DNA of 64,000 nt from a virus (IMGVR_UViG_3300031993_000006:160001-224000), one strand, 5' to 3'. Shown: positions 10,947 to 21,592, counted from the stretch's first letter. Numbers and translations are program-made. Notes: generated by a model not told the origin, from the sequence alone.

Positions 10947-10975
10947 GTGGGTGGCGGATGCCGCCCGCTTCTTGT
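10947..10975 (+). terminator. Intrinsic terminator
   Basis: GTGGGTGGC-GGAT-GCCGCCCGC followed by TTCTTGT. Confidence 0.55.
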
Positions 10976-10992
10976 TTGGTAGGGCGGAATAC

Positions 10993-11007
10993 ATAAACTA
11001 TGGAAAA
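10993..11007 (+). promoter_or_regulatory. Putative late promoter motif
   Basis: ATAAACTATGGAAAA, ending 14 nt before the ATG at 11022. Confidence 0.65.
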
Positions 11008-11021
11008 CGAAGGTCTGATGT

Positions 11022-14000
11022 ATGAGCGAGATGAATCCACATATTGTTAAAGAAGCCGAGGGTGAAGCCTATACTATCCAACGATTCGTCACGGGGAAGC
11101 CTCTGACGGCCGATGAGATGCTCCCGGATGAACATGGGGTTTATCCGGTAAGCCCGTTAGGATTCCTTATGTCCGATGATGGGGTGCCGCTCACATCTGC
11201 ACCGCCGACTCAAATGGTGGTGACCTATCCTATTTACGACGCAAATAATGAGGAAATCACCCCGGAAAATCTGGACAATGACTGGCCGGCTATGCGGGAT
11301 TCACTTCTTGCTCAGGCTTATGTGACACAAGGCAAATATGAGATTTTCTATGGTGATACGGCCCGCTACCGCGTGATATCTCTTCGTAGGGAAGCTGATA
11401 CGCTTGTTGCGGTCATAGACGGGGAAATTATTACGTCTCGTGATAAGATTAAGTGTTTCTTCATCAATGCGACAACCGATGATTATGAACCGACGGGGAT
11501 ATTGTCGTCCGAGTCCAGAAAGTTGTTCGAGGTGGCGACCGATGGCATAACGGTTGGTGGCGACAGGACGACGATAACTCTTGATATCGGAGTGGATGAC
11601 ATAGCGTTTAGCGGAAAAGCGGGTGAAGGCAAGTTGATTCTTGGCGTTGTTGCGTATGCGAGTAATGCCTTTACCGACCAGATGAAATATATCGTTATCG
11701 ACCCGAGTAACGGTGATTCTGTTAGCGGTTTCTATATGTTTGGAGAAAGCCCCGAATCGCCGTATCGCAGGGTATTTACATACGAAACAATGTACCCTCC
11801 GGTTGAACCGGTCGATATGCCGAAATGTAATTCCCGGAACGGCTATAGCAACAAGGAAGTGGCCGATTGGGTGGAAGGTCATGTTTCCCCGATAATCCGC
11901 TATGGGTTGCATCCGTATTCCGAGGCTGGCGCTCTTGGGAAGGCTGGGGCATTCGTGCGTTGGTTCGCTTCTTGCGGTAAGGTCGATATTTCCGATGGTG
12001 GCGGCAACAATCCGGTGAGTGTGCAGGGCTTTGGGCTAGGCGCCGGATATACCGGAGAGTGTTCTGCCGGGTCGCGTGTCCCTAATGAGGGGAATCCTGA
12101 TGCCGGGTCTGTTCACAAGGAACTGGTGTTCGGCTATGGGACCAAGCACAATGCATTGCAGGTCGATGTGGGCAAGAGTGCCCTTCCTCTTGACTGGCCG
12201 TTTACTGACTTCAGCAATTACAACGGGGCTGACCGGGAGAACAACATTACAATTATTCGACACGGTGTTACTATCAACGGCGAGAAGTATGGCGCTCTGG
12301 AGAGAGAATCTACCGAGTGTCCGACTTGCCGTGGCACGGGTCTTGTCAGTGGCAATCCGTGCCCCGACTGCGGTGGCACAGGGGAATGCCCGGAATGCGA
12401 AGTATGTAACGGTACTGGCGAAGTCGATGGCCACGAATGCGAGAACTGCAAGGGTACCGGGCATACCGGGACTACCCATATCGTTATGGACCGGATGCAT
12501 GTCTGCCTATTCAATGATTTCCGCCCGAGCGATACTTTGCATGACCATGTTGATGGTACTACGGTACTGAAGAAGACGTTTATCAATCTTGCGACACCAA
12601 TTAATACGAATGACGGCGAGGAGTTCCAGGTTACTGTTTCCTTGCCGAATACCTTTATCGACTCGGCGTTCACCGGGAATGATGTCCTGAAGAACCTGAA
12701 TGGGTACTATGCGTTCATATCCCAGCCGCGCGTGTTTGTTGTGAGCGGTACCTGGAAGTTCAGCGAGACGCGGGTAACCTTTACGATTGACCGCGATATG
12801 CAGGAATTGACGCTTGACAAGCCGTTGCTCGACAAGGAAGGTAATGAACTTCCGCCCGATACTGCGGTGCGGATGAAGCTTTCCTTTGGGTGCTACCCGG
12901 CCAAGAAGTTTTCTGTTACGGGTACAGTCGATGGAACTACGGTAACGCTCGGTGAGCCTATTTCCGACAAGGCGCTCAAGGGAGCCCTTGCGCGTGAGGC
13001 TATGCGCGCGGTTCCCCGTTCGAATTCTGCCTGCGGTGCCGCTTATGTGGAGCCGAACAACGAGACTCTCCCTGAAGGTATTGAGAATCTTGGGTTGAAT
13101 GCTGTCCGTAACGAGAATGGCGCGCTCGGTGTAGATAACACGGGTGATGACGGTAATTATAACAAGGTTTACAATGCCCGCGGCGAGCACGGCCGACCGG
13201 GTGTACTCTATGAATCCGACGGTACTGCGCGGAAGGACCAGCGGCAGATAATCGCCACTGTATACCCGACAGTGACCAATACTTTCCCTTGGGCGCTCAC
13301 CCACCGCAGGAAGCTCAATGTTCTCGACCGTTTGATGACGATGGATGCCGACGCGGGTATCCATAGCCTCTATGCTAGGATTTTCAAGATGAATCAGGAT
13401 ATCGTTAACGAAATAGCCAAACACTTGAGGGTGGTGGTTGAGATTCCGGCGAAGACATATCCGATGGAAATCTTGAGCTATACCGACGGCATTCCTGCGG
13501 AGATACCTAACGATACCGATTTGTGTTCTTTTATTGGTGCAGTACTGAAGGTCGGTAAGGATGCCGAGCAGCCCGTGGCTCAGGCGAGAAGGGCGGTCGC
13601 GATGCTTGCCGAGGACTATCGGAATGCCCGCGTTAAGCGCGATACAGTAGGAAGCCTCAATGCATTGGGTATGCTTACTAGTGACTCTCCGCTTGATGAC
13701 AGTTGGAATTTTGGAACGCCGGTTTCTGCTGGTGCCGGAATGCCGAATGAGTATGATGAGATTGCGCGAAGCATCCGTCTGCGCAGCGTTCCCCCCATCT
13801 TGACTACGGCGGGTGCTTCTCCGTCGCAGGAACCTGATTCTCCGATTCTTCAGTGCTTCCCATTCCAGGACCCCGATTTTAGTTTCTATGCCGGGAATCC
13901 ATATGAATTCGGGTTGTATGATAGCGACGCGAGGACCGAGGAAGTTCCTTGCGAGATTGCGGACAAGCACAACACCCGTGCATTCGCGATGAACAGCATA

Positions 14001-15482
14001 GTCGATGCATGCTTGAAGACCGGATTCGACTGGCTCCAGTCTACCGATGCGGTCGATGACTTGATGCGCTCTGCTGAGCTTGCTGCCGTCGATATGCAGA
14101 ACGAGGCCGACCTGCTGAAGCCGCATGGCGAACGCGGCTCGGGATGTGGCTGGATGGAAGCTATTGACGCATTTACCAAGATTGTGTCCCCGGATAATAT
14201 CCCGGTTCCTCAGCTTGCTCCTGCGTATGAGTATTCCGATATTGAAGACAAGACTTATTTGACTTCCGGTGATGCTTATGGGCGCTACCGCTTGGAAAAT
14301 CCGACGGACGTTACCGGCGAGCGGTTTATCGCTACCGATTTGCCGACTAATGATGCGCTCGCTATGTTCCTGAGGGATTATGTTCCGTCCTATGCGGCTA
14401 CCCTTCCAAAGAGGAACTGGGATAGCTGGCGTGTCGTATTGCCTCAGGATGTCGGCACGGGCTCCTACAATGACGACCCGGTATATCAGACACGGGTATC
14501 TTGGAATCCGTTGGCGAATCCATTGACTTGCGACCCGGTTAGTCGAGGGAAGTATGCAGCGGATGATATTTTCATTGACCCACTTAATACTGGATTCAAT
14601 GACCCGAATATGAACCGTATCGAGCTTGACAATACGGTGAGCGTCGATGCTAGCACTCCGCCATACACTTGCGAGAGTGACTATGCTGAGAGCGCTCCGT
14701 TCTCTACCGAAACAGACAAGTGTTCCGTGAGTTACATCAGGGTATTTATGAAGTTTACCTTCTCTGCTGATGCGGGTAGGTGGTACTGCACGGATTATCG
14801 TCAGGCTCCGGTATCGTATCTCTCTCCGCTGTATGGAGCAAAGGCTCTCGAAGAGAAGCTTCCGCATACTGATGTGCGTATATGGAATCGTTCGGCTTGC
14901 GGTTCGTTTAGCTGGCGTGAGACTACTCGTCACCTGTATTCCGAATCGGCTCCGATGGAAATTAACGCGGATGCAATCGAGGCGGTTATGGGGACTGACC
15001 TCCGTCATCGCCGCCTGGCAACCCCGTATAACCCGGTGTTCTCTATGAGTAACGGAAAGACGGGTCTCGGATTGTCTGCACCTCTTGACAAGGAAGGGGA
15101 GCGTGGCGGGTTTGCTGTGCAGGAGTTCATACCGCATGCAAACTTTTGGAGCGTATATGAGCATATCCGCCCGGCGGTTAGCGTAATTCCGAAATCTGAT
15201 ATCCCGAGGTACTACAAGGATAGTGACGGGGTGAAGCATTACGACCATGAAGGTGGCATAATGTCCGATGCTGTTCTATGGGGTCAGTACGAATATCCGG
15301 AGAAGCGCAAGACCGAATATCATTTGCCGGATACTCAGATACCTGATGCTGACCTCACGATGCGTCGCTTGGTCTATGCTCAACGTAGCAATACGACCGG
15401 CGTAATGAATACCGGCGACATTCAGGTGGGTAGCAGCGCTACAACTGTACTCGCTTACTCAAATGGTGAATCACGAAATTAA
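11022..15482 (+). CDS. Large putative virion protein (1486 aa) with a DnaJ-type CxxCxGxG zinc finger
   Basis: Long acidic ORF; four CxxCxGxG motifs at 12318-12461. Confidence 0.65.
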   Translation: MSEMNPHIVKEAEGEAYTIQRFVTGKPLTADEMLPDEHGVYPVSPLGFLMSDDGVPLTSAPPTQMVVTYPIYDANNEEITPENLDNDWPAMRDSLLAQAYVTQGKYEIFYGDTARYRVISLRREADTLVAVIDGEIITSRDKIKCFFINATTDDYEPTGILSSESRKLFEVATDGITVGGDRTTITLDIGVDDIAFSGKAGEGKLILGVVAYASNAFTDQMKYIVIDPSNGDSVSGFYMFGESPESPYRRVFTYETMYPPVEPVDMPKCNSRNGYSNKEVADWVEGHVSPIIRYGLHPYSEAGALGKAGAFVRWFASCGKVDISDGGGNNPVSVQGFGLGAGYTGECSAGSRVPNEGNPDAGSVHKELVFGYGTKHNALQVDVGKSALPLDWPFTDFSNYNGADRENNITIIRHGVTINGEKYGALERESTECPTCRGTGLVSGNPCPDCGGTGECPECEVCNGTGEVDGHECENCKGTGHTGTTHIVMDRMHVCLFNDFRPSDTLHDHVDGTTVLKKTFINLATPINTNDGEEFQVTVSLPNTFIDSAFTGNDVLKNLNGYYAFISQPRVFVVSGTWKFSETRVTFTIDRDMQELTLDKPLLDKEGNELPPDTAVRMKLSFGCYPAKKFSVTGTVDGTTVTLGEPISDKALKGALAREAMRAVPRSNSACGAAYVEPNNETLPEGIENLGLNAVRNENGALGVDNTGDDGNYNKVYNARGEHGRPGVLYESDGTARKDQRQIIATVYPTVTNTFPWALTHRRKLNVLDRLMTMDADAGIHSLYARIFKMNQDIVNEIAKHLRVVVEIPAKTYPMEILSYTDGIPAEIPNDTDLCSFIGAVLKVGKDAEQPVAQARRAVAMLAEDYRNARVKRDTVGSLNALGMLTSDSPLDDSWNFGTPVSAGAGMPNEYDEIARSIRLRSVPPILTTAGASPSQEPDSPILQCFPFQDPDFSFYAGNPYEFGLYDSDARTEEVPCEIADKHNTRAFAMNSIVDACLKTGFDWLQSTDAVDDLMRSAELAAVDMQNEADLLKPHGERGSGCGWMEAIDAFTKIVSPDNIPVPQLAPAYEYSDIEDKTYLTSGDAYGRYRLENPTDVTGERFIATDLPTNDALAMFLRDYVPSYAATLPKRNWDSWRVVLPQDVGTGSYNDDPVYQTRVSWNPLANPLTCDPVSRGKYAADDIFIDPLNTGFNDPNMNRIELDNTVSVDASTPPYTCESDYAESAPFSTETDKCSVSYIRVFMKFTFSADAGRWYCTDYRQAPVSYLSPLYGAKALEEKLPHTDVRIWNRSACGSFSWRETTRHLYSESAPMEINADAIEAVMGTDLRHRRLATPYNPVFSMSNGKTGLGLSAPLDKEGERGGFAVQEFIPHANFWSVYEHIRPAVSVIPKSDIPRYYKDSDGVKHYDHEGGIMSDAVLWGQYEYPEKRKTEYHLPDTQIPDADLTMRRLVYAQRSNTTGVMNTGDIQVGSSATTVLAYSNGESRN

Positions 15483-15498
15483 AGGATAAGGTAACAAG

Positions 15499-17133
15499 AT
15501 GGCACAGGTTGAACAGAAACGGATAGGCGTCCTTACACCGCTAACCGATGATGAGGTCGATGACATTATCAAGTCTACCCAGGTCGCCGACGAGTGGTCG
15601 ATAGCGATGGACTATGTTGTCCCTGATACTGACGGGGAGCCTCCGCGAGACCAGGGTACGAAGAAAATTTCGGGCAGCCGAATCGGTTTCCTTACTCGGA
15701 ACCGCTTGGTTCCACAGAATATGCTCCCGAGCATCATTGCTGATGACGCTATTTATGATGGCGAGATGGTCAAGAATGGAAATACGATGACCTTCACTGT
15801 AACCGAGGTTGGTTCTGCGCAAGGTAAAAAGTTTGTCTGCCCAAAGCCAACCGCCTCGGGTGAGTATCTGCCGAGCATCGATACAATATATCGCGATGTG
15901 CTTACTGTAGACAACCGGAAAATTTATACTCAATACCGCTATATACCGAGAACTAATGCCGGAACTGCCGACGAAACCGGTGAGTTCGTTCCTATACCAA
16001 GCGACCTAGTTATGGTTGGCGGTGAGGGTACGGTCGTAAATGATGATGTCGTCAGTAGCTATAGCCGAAAGATTGATATCAATATTGGCACTCCGTCTCC
16101 AGAACCTAATGGCGGGACAAATGTTTTGTTCATTGATACGCAGGATAATAGTCGGAAACTCGTGCATTCTACTAGCGGAGTTACTGCCGGTACATATCCT
16201 GCTACCCAGAGTACGGCACCTGGTTTCGGTGCTACGTTCAATGTGCCTAAGCTTACTGTGAATCCGACTGGCCATATGACGGTAGCTGGTGCTGATGCGG
16301 TTACCGTGCCGGCCACGGCTGCCGGTGTAGGAACTGCAGGCTTGGTAGTAATAGGTACTGATGCGGATATCAGTCCGATTGGTGCTACTCCTCCTGGCCC
16401 TAGCATCGGGTCTATTCCAAGTAGCGGATATGTCAAGGTTGCTGCGGCAGACCATGTGCATACGGCAAGCAACTTTAATTTGTTGAATACCAATGACGGT
16501 AACAAGACATACAATGGTTCGGGACAGGTCGAATACGATTTCAGGAAGTTCCTTAAGACGATACTTCCGGCGAGCGCACCGGCGGCTAGCGGTACAAAGA
16601 TACTTGTGACTACTAGCGCATCTCCTGACAGCGCTGGCTACCGGAGTACGGCGTGGGTGGATATTGATAGTGTACTCATTCCTCGCTATGCATTTATTCC
16701 ACTCGCATCGTCCAATACCATTGCTACTACTGGTACTACGCTGTCTCTTGGGTCTACCTTGACAAAGTTTTCTGCGCTTACTTTGGTGACTCCTTCATCG
16801 GGGAGTCCGACGAAGATACAGGGTCTTGTTGCTGGTAAGCTGTATGTTGTTACATTTACGCTTGTTCTTGAAAGGACGAGTGCCGGTACATACTTGGATA
16901 ACTTTACATTTGCTGTGATGAATGGCTCTACCAACGCGGAAAATGCTAGGGTCAACTTAGTTATTGACGAAACTATTACTGGTACTGGGCGGATGCCGAA
17001 TTATGTGAATGGTACGATATTCTTTACTGCTGATTCCGGCCAGACACAATGCTATTTCAAGGTAACCATAGACCGCTCTGATTGGAAGGTGAATGGTACC
17101 GGTTCGTTGATTCAGGTTAGCGAGGTGAAGTAA
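15499..17133 (+). CDS. Tail-fibre-like protein A
   Basis: T/G/S/A-rich; fibre-type motifs TVNPTGH and AAADHVH; paralogous to the next gene. Confidence 0.65.
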   Translation: MAQVEQKRIGVLTPLTDDEVDDIIKSTQVADEWSIAMDYVVPDTDGEPPRDQGTKKISGSRIGFLTRNRLVPQNMLPSIIADDAIYDGEMVKNGNTMTFTVTEVGSAQGKKFVCPKPTASGEYLPSIDTIYRDVLTVDNRKIYTQYRYIPRTNAGTADETGEFVPIPSDLVMVGGEGTVVNDDVVSSYSRKIDINIGTPSPEPNGGTNVLFIDTQDNSRKLVHSTSGVTAGTYPATQSTAPGFGATFNVPKLTVNPTGHMTVAGADAVTVPATAAGVGTAGLVVIGTDADISPIGATPPGPSIGSIPSSGYVKVAAADHVHTASNFNLLNTNDGNKTYNGSGQVEYDFRKFLKTILPASAPAASGTKILVTTSASPDSAGYRSTAWVDIDSVLIPRYAFIPLASSNTIATTGTTLSLGSTLTKFSALTLVTPSSGSPTKIQGLVAGKLYVVTFTLVLERTSAGTYLDNFTFAVMNGSTNAENARVNLVIDETITGTGRMPNYVNGTIFFTADSGQTQCYFKVTIDRSDWKVNGTGSLIQVSEVK

Positions 17134-17134
17134 G

Positions 17135-18631
17135 ATGGACCCGCAAATCTACAAGAAGACCCATACGCGAATACGGGAGCTGAACGGGCTGCCCGATTCG
17201 GAAATCGACCCGTTGGTAACTAGCGTATCGCCAGAGATAACGGGGCCGTGGTATTTTGTAGCCGATTCTACAGAAGGCGATACGGCGGGTATCGAGGCTA
17301 GCCGTGTGCTTATACTTGGGCCACAGCGGAGAGTCCCGGCGGAAAATATGTTGTCGGCGATTTCGTATTTGCCTCCCGATGGCACGGCTGTCGTCGCGGT
17401 GGATACAATGGCTCAGTTGCCTGCCGTGGGTAGCATTGACAAGATTTACCGTATTGACCACGAGCCGGGTTGCTCCGTGTTCTATGTAAGGTGGGTGGAC
17501 CGGGATTTGGAAGACCCCCCTTATAACCCGAGGTACGCTTGGGTTGCAACAAATGTTCCGCTGGAGAAGGGTGACGGTACCGTAATATCCGATGTGGTAG
17601 TGCGCGCTGGATTGCCTTATGCTACCCGTGCTGTTGATATAAATATAGGTGCTCCTGAGGCTAGGGTTAATGACATTCTTCGGATTTCGGAGTCAACGAC
17701 TAAACGGCTTGTGCATTCAAAGAGCGGAGTTGGTGATTCCGGGGCATCGGCACCCGGGGCGCAGACTATTGCTACTTTTGGTGATGCTATAAAGGTTCCC
17801 GAGTATGAAGTCGATTCGACTGGTCATGTGAAGAATTTGACTTATTCTGAAGTGACTATGCCGGACACGCCGGCCTCTACGGCCAATGCCGGATTGGTAA
17901 TGGTTGGGCAGACTTCGGATATCAAGCAAATCGGGAGTTCCGCGTCAATAGGCACGGCGAATACTGATGGATATATGCTGATGGCGCCGGCTAACCATGT
18001 ACATACTGCCAGTAATCTCGTTTTTACTAATATCCCGGTAAGCGGAAGCTTGGAATATCAGATGTCAGGCGACAAGACTTTGGATATGCTTGACTTGCAT
18101 ATCTATCCGGCCACTAATAACCTGAACGCGATTGACGCGAATATGATGTTGACCAAGGTTTCTGCGAATACTTCATTGTGGCAACCTGACCGTACGGCAA
18201 TAGCGACCAATAGCTATTCTGGAGGTACGGGTACTTATGAGATTCCTGCGGACGGTACTTCGGTTGTGATGTCGCATATTTCGAATATTGCTGAACCTGG
18301 TATCTATTTGGCTACGGCTGAACTTGGCGTGTTTATTGGGATGGCTCCAGTCAGTGGAACCCCGGTAAATGTTCCATTCGAATATGCGTGTGAACTGAAT
18401 ATGACGGGAGACCCGATAACTAGGAAGTTCAACTTCTCGGGTACACATGGAATACCTACGGTGGTTTCAGGTGAGTATTATGATACTCAGCGGGTGACCG
18501 TTTCTGCATTGCTCGATTTGACCAGTGCAAATGCGGTTGACTTGACTGCAAAAATTCAGATATACGGAACCGGCGACGGGCGTATATTTAAGGGCAACTG
18601 TACATCGTTCAAGATAGTACGGCTTAAATAG
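17135..18631 (+). CDS. Tail-fibre-like protein B
   Basis: Shares the DINIG..LVHSxSGV..TGH..AGLVxxG..HVH block with the preceding gene. Confidence 0.65.
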   Translation: MDPQIYKKTHTRIRELNGLPDSEIDPLVTSVSPEITGPWYFVADSTEGDTAGIEASRVLILGPQRRVPAENMLSAISYLPPDGTAVVAVDTMAQLPAVGSIDKIYRIDHEPGCSVFYVRWVDRDLEDPPYNPRYAWVATNVPLEKGDGTVISDVVVRAGLPYATRAVDINIGAPEARVNDILRISESTTKRLVHSKSGVGDSGASAPGAQTIATFGDAIKVPEYEVDSTGHVKNLTYSEVTMPDTPASTANAGLVMVGQTSDIKQIGSSASIGTANTDGYMLMAPANHVHTASNLVFTNIPVSGSLEYQMSGDKTLDMLDLHIYPATNNLNAIDANMMLTKVSANTSLWQPDRTAIATNSYSGGTGTYEIPADGTSVVMSHISNIAEPGIYLATAELGVFIGMAPVSGTPVNVPFEYACELNMTGDPITRKFNFSGTHGIPTVVSGEYYDTQRVTVSALLDLTSANAVDLTAKIQIYGTGDGRIFKGNCTSFKIVRLK

Positions 18632-18937
18632 CTAGGCCGGAGTTCCCCCGAACTTCACCTTGTTGTGGATGAAGAACTTTATCGAGCATTCCGGGCACCC
18701 TCGGAATGTTCCTTTTATATCCACCGCGTCTGCGGGGATTTCAGGACCATCGGTATCCTGGCCGCATGATGGGCATTTGAACTTCGCTACGAACTCACCC
18801 AGCTTCCCCCGCTCGGGAATGGAAATGTCCACCGTGCCGTTGTCCCAGAACCGCACCGGGTAATCCGGATGTTCCTTCATGAACTTCGTTACGGAAACGA
18901 GCTTCGGGTTGATTTCTAGGAGTTCTTCTGGGGTCAT
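18632..18937 (-). CDS. Zn-ribbon protein, 101 aa
   Basis: CPSC...CPEC; the ATG overlaps the upstream stop (ATGA). Confidence 0.6.
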   Translation of the reverse strand: MTPEELLEINPKLVSVTKFMKEHPDYPVRFWDNGTVDISIPERGKLGEFVAKFKCPSCGQDTDGPEIPADAVDIKGTFRGCPECSIKFFIHNKVKFGGTPA

Positions 18938-19164
18938 ACGAGGTACTTGATTGCCGCGGCGACGCCGAAAACTCCGCCGACAAGGATTAAAATGATTATG
19001 GCTACCGCGAGCATCGCCCATATTATGCGGCGGGTGTGCCACTCGTCGGTTTCGATGTCGTATAGCTTGAGAAAGTTCATCGCGATGATGAATTCGGCTG
19101 TCGCAATGAGCCAAGCTTTTTCAAAAATATTAAGATACTGGTCGTCTGTAATTCGGGTAATCAT
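18934..19164 (-). CDS. Small membrane protein, 76 aa
   Basis: Long hydrophobic C-terminal segment. Confidence 0.6.
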   Translation of the reverse strand: MITRITDDQYLNIFEKAWLIATAEFIIAMNFLKLYDIETDEWHTRRIIWAMLAVAIIILILVGGVFGVAAAIKYLV

Positions 19165-19173
19165 ACTACAAAA

Positions 19174-19890
19174 CTACACCATTGACGAATTAAGGTCAAC
19201 ATCCTGACTCATGAAGTTGGCCTCCCCGTCTTCGTTCGTAGTTTCCGGGGTTTCGCCCGCATTGTCTACCCAGAGCTGAACGGGGATTTTTGAGGTCTTG
19301 TCGTCAAGCTGGGCAATGAACTGGTAGCCGCTCTTAGCGAGGTTCTCGATGCATTCCTTGTCGGTGCTGTCGGCGACGATGAATGTCGGCATGTCAAGCG
19401 CGTTAAGCTGTGCACGGAGTTCCTCGTTGACTCCCTGACCCTTGTACTGGTCCGATACCGCGAAGAATTCCTGCTGTACTCGCCCGTCGAGATTGAAACC
19501 GCTGAGAAGGCTATAGTAGCGCAGAGGGGCGATTCCGCGGAAGTCTTCCTTGGTGGGGTCGACGATATTTGCCGCGGCGATTGGCCACTCCTTGTCGGTA
19601 ATGTAGACGATTGCGACGGAGTTCAGTAGACGGTCGAGGGTACTCGGGGTCGCTACCGGAACACAGCTGTCGGCGGGAGGTTCGATGCTCCGCTTGCCGT
19701 CGATGACTGCCGCGATGTCCTTGAGGGTCTTCTCGTCGATATCTGAGGGGGACTTGACATATGCCTGGAACCGGCTAGGGTCGAGTTTTGGCGCTGCTTC
19801 TTGGGTGTTTTCCGGAAGGTCGCCGATGGCTTCGCAGATGGAGACTGCGGCGTCGAGGTTGTTCATCACAGTGAAGACATTATGTTCCAT
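19174..19890 (-). CDS. GNAT-fold acetyltransferase-like protein
   Basis: Motif-A-like FFAVSDQYKGQGV and later SGYQFI. Start chosen at MEHNV downstream of AAGGA; the longer ORF call overlaps a plus-strand gene. Confidence 0.5.
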   Translation of the reverse strand: MEHNVFTVMNNLDAAVSICEAIGDLPENTQEAAPKLDPSRFQAYVKSPSDIDEKTLKDIAAVIDGKRSIEPPADSCVPVATPSTLDRLLNSVAIVYITDKEWPIAAANIVDPTKEDFRGIAPLRYYSLLSGFNLDGRVQQEFFAVSDQYKGQGVNEELRAQLNALDMPTFIVADSTDKECIENLAKSGYQFIAQLDDKTSKIPVQLWVDNAGETPETTNEDGEANFMSQDVDLNSSMV

Positions 19891-19974
19891 AGGGCCAAAT
19901 CCTTGTTTTTTAAGCGGTTCGTGCATTTTTTGCAAGTTTATATGGCTGGAGGGGCCTCTGATAATGTAGTTTTG

Positions 19975-19984
19975 TGCTATATTT
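19975..19984 (+). promoter_or_regulatory. Recurrent early/host-type promoter TGCTATATTT(G), representative copy
   Basis: Intergenic copies at 19975, 26282, 29818, 30280, 35246, 37383, 42976, 45376, 45755 (one mismatch), 49641, 52709, 55391 and 56567, with a variant at 38881. The 37383 copy has TTGACA 16 nt upstream of TATATT. Confidence 0.85.
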
Positions 19985-20001
19985 AGAAGGAAGGGAATCC
20001 T

Positions 20002-20268
20002 ATGAATGCTAAGCTGGAAGATTTTAACGATAAGTATGTCGTTGTGCCTAATTTCAAGGCCGGCGGGTTTGGATTCATGACCATTGACCGCGGCGATATG
20101 ACCGACGCGGAATGGAAAACCTGGAATGAAATCCGGAGTACACCGGAAATCAAGGAAATTATCAACAAGACCAAGAACTCCGCCGCTATTGCTACGGCAG
20201 TAGAGACGCTGTTGGATGGCAAAGGAATAATGGTATGTCGTACAAATCAGGCTCGTCCTTCTATTTAA
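20002..20268 (+). CDS. Hypothetical protein, 88 aa (possibly the N-terminus of the next gene)
   Basis: Follows a promoter and RBS; overlaps the next ORF by 34 nt. Confidence 0.6.
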   Translation: MNAKLEDFNDKYVVVPNFKAGGFGFMTIDRGDMTDAEWKTWNEIRSTPEIKEIINKTKNSAAIATAVETLLDGKGIMVCRTNQARPSI

Positions 20269-21086
20269 CCGATGAAGATTGCGAAACGGCATTTTCCCAA
20301 TGTGAGTCTTGCCGGTTTGTAACTGAAAACACCCATTACAAGGAAGTTGTCGATGGGTGCTTCTTGCGGGTTGCGGCAACTGATGTGATAAATGCGTGTT
20401 GCGCTACGATATCCGACCCGGTTAGGTCATATCTTAGACGGAACATGCCGGGTGAGAATTGGAACAAGTACGACCATCTCCTTACCATTACGACCGGGAT
20501 GATGCGGTGGCTTACCGTTGTTGGCCATGTATGCGAATATATGGAGCGTACGCACAAGATTGGCGAAGCTAAGAAGATGCTCGAGTGGGCTAGCAAGCGT
20601 CTTACATCCTTCGAAGCCGGTTCTGATTTTGTCCAGCGCTTTCTTGACGAATTCAAGATTAAGTGTGATGGGCGTCGCGACGAGGTAGTTAGAATCTACT
20701 CTATCGCATGTGCTGCTTCGGTATTGGCTCACGAACTTGGTCATGCTTCGCTCGGGCATATGCACTATCATCATACGACACCGACAAGTATTGTGCGTAA
20801 TGATGAACGGGAAGCTGATTTGTTCGCGTCTTCCGTAATGCATTCAATCGGTAATGGCTATGTCGGGGCTATCGCAGCTGTCGCTGTCGAAGTATCCTTT
20901 GCGTGGATGACTGGTTCTAGTTCACTTTATGTCCCCAAGAAGGACCTGAAGAAACCAAATCATTATGCATCGCATCCGGTTTCATTCGAGCGTGTGCGTA
21001 ATGTCATTGAATCGTTTAATGCGGTTCTTAAGACATCCCCGAATACTGACAAGATGTTGATTAAGTTGATGGAGACGGGAAAATGA
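20235..21086 (+). CDS. Zinc metallopeptidase (HExxH; M48/Lit-like)
   Basis: LAHELGHASLGH, EREADLFA, ASHP..ERV. Confidence 0.75.
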   Translation: MSYKSGSSFYLTDEDCETAFSQCESCRFVTENTHYKEVVDGCFLRVAATDVINACCATISDPVRSYLRRNMPGENWNKYDHLLTITTGMMRWLTVVGHVCEYMERTHKIGEAKKMLEWASKRLTSFEAGSDFVQRFLDEFKIKCDGRRDEVVRIYSIACAASVLAHELGHASLGHMHYHHTTPTSIVRNDEREADLFASSVMHSIGNGYVGAIAAVAVEVSFAWMTGSSSLYVPKKDLKKPNHYASHPVSFERVRNVIESFNAVLKTSPNTDKMLIKLMETGK

Positions 21087-21592
21087 ATTCATCATCGCCG
21101 GAAATCGAGGTGGTAATCGACAAGTTTACCGTCCAGTATATGCTTAAGGACAAGATAAACGAGAAACCGTTTATGCTTCCCCTTAAGTCATATAAGACTT
21201 CGCTGACTATGAAGGTGCCCGAGTCTATCGCCCCGTTCATCCCGGCGTTCATCCGTGGTTTCCAGGGGCTTGACCCGGAAGCGGTCGAGGCTAGAATCAT
21301 TCCTGAGTACAATGCGCCAAAGAATGTGGTTGACCGCTGGCGAAGGTTCATCAGCGAACGCTACCCGGACGTGCTGGATGAAAAGACTAGCGCGGATGCA
21401 ATCATTGACTTGGCGGTGAGTTTCAGCGTCAAGGACAAGCTGGATGCCGTTATGGATAAGCTGTGGGATACCAAGCTTTGCGAGATGTTGAAGGCTACCC
21501 CTGAAGTGCCGGAGGGGTATGGGCTTGCTGGACGATACCTTCATATCATAAATTGGCACATCAAGAACCTAGAGGAACCTAAGGATGCATGA
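21083..21592 (+). CDS. Hypothetical protein
   Basis: Translationally coupled (ATGA overlap). Confidence 0.7.
   Translation: MNSSSPEIEVVIDKFTVQYMLKDKINEKPFMLPLKSYKTSLTMKVPESIAPFIPAFIRGFQGLDPEAVEARIIPEYNAPKNVVDRWRRFISERYPDVLDEKTSADAIIDLAVSFSVKDKLDAVMDKLWDTKLCEMLKATPEVPEGYGLAGRYLHIINWHIKNLEEPKDA

Noticed and set aside
12507-15248. 913-aa minus-strand ORF
   Set aside because: Antisense shadow of the 1486-aa gene, with no motifs or RBS. The same applies to 27638..29791 opposite ligA and 23173..24519.
1-18631. Diversity-generating retroelement or invertible tail-fibre cassette
   Set aside because: No reverse transcriptase, TR/VR pair or invertase seen; the only serine recombinase is the IS607 TnpA.
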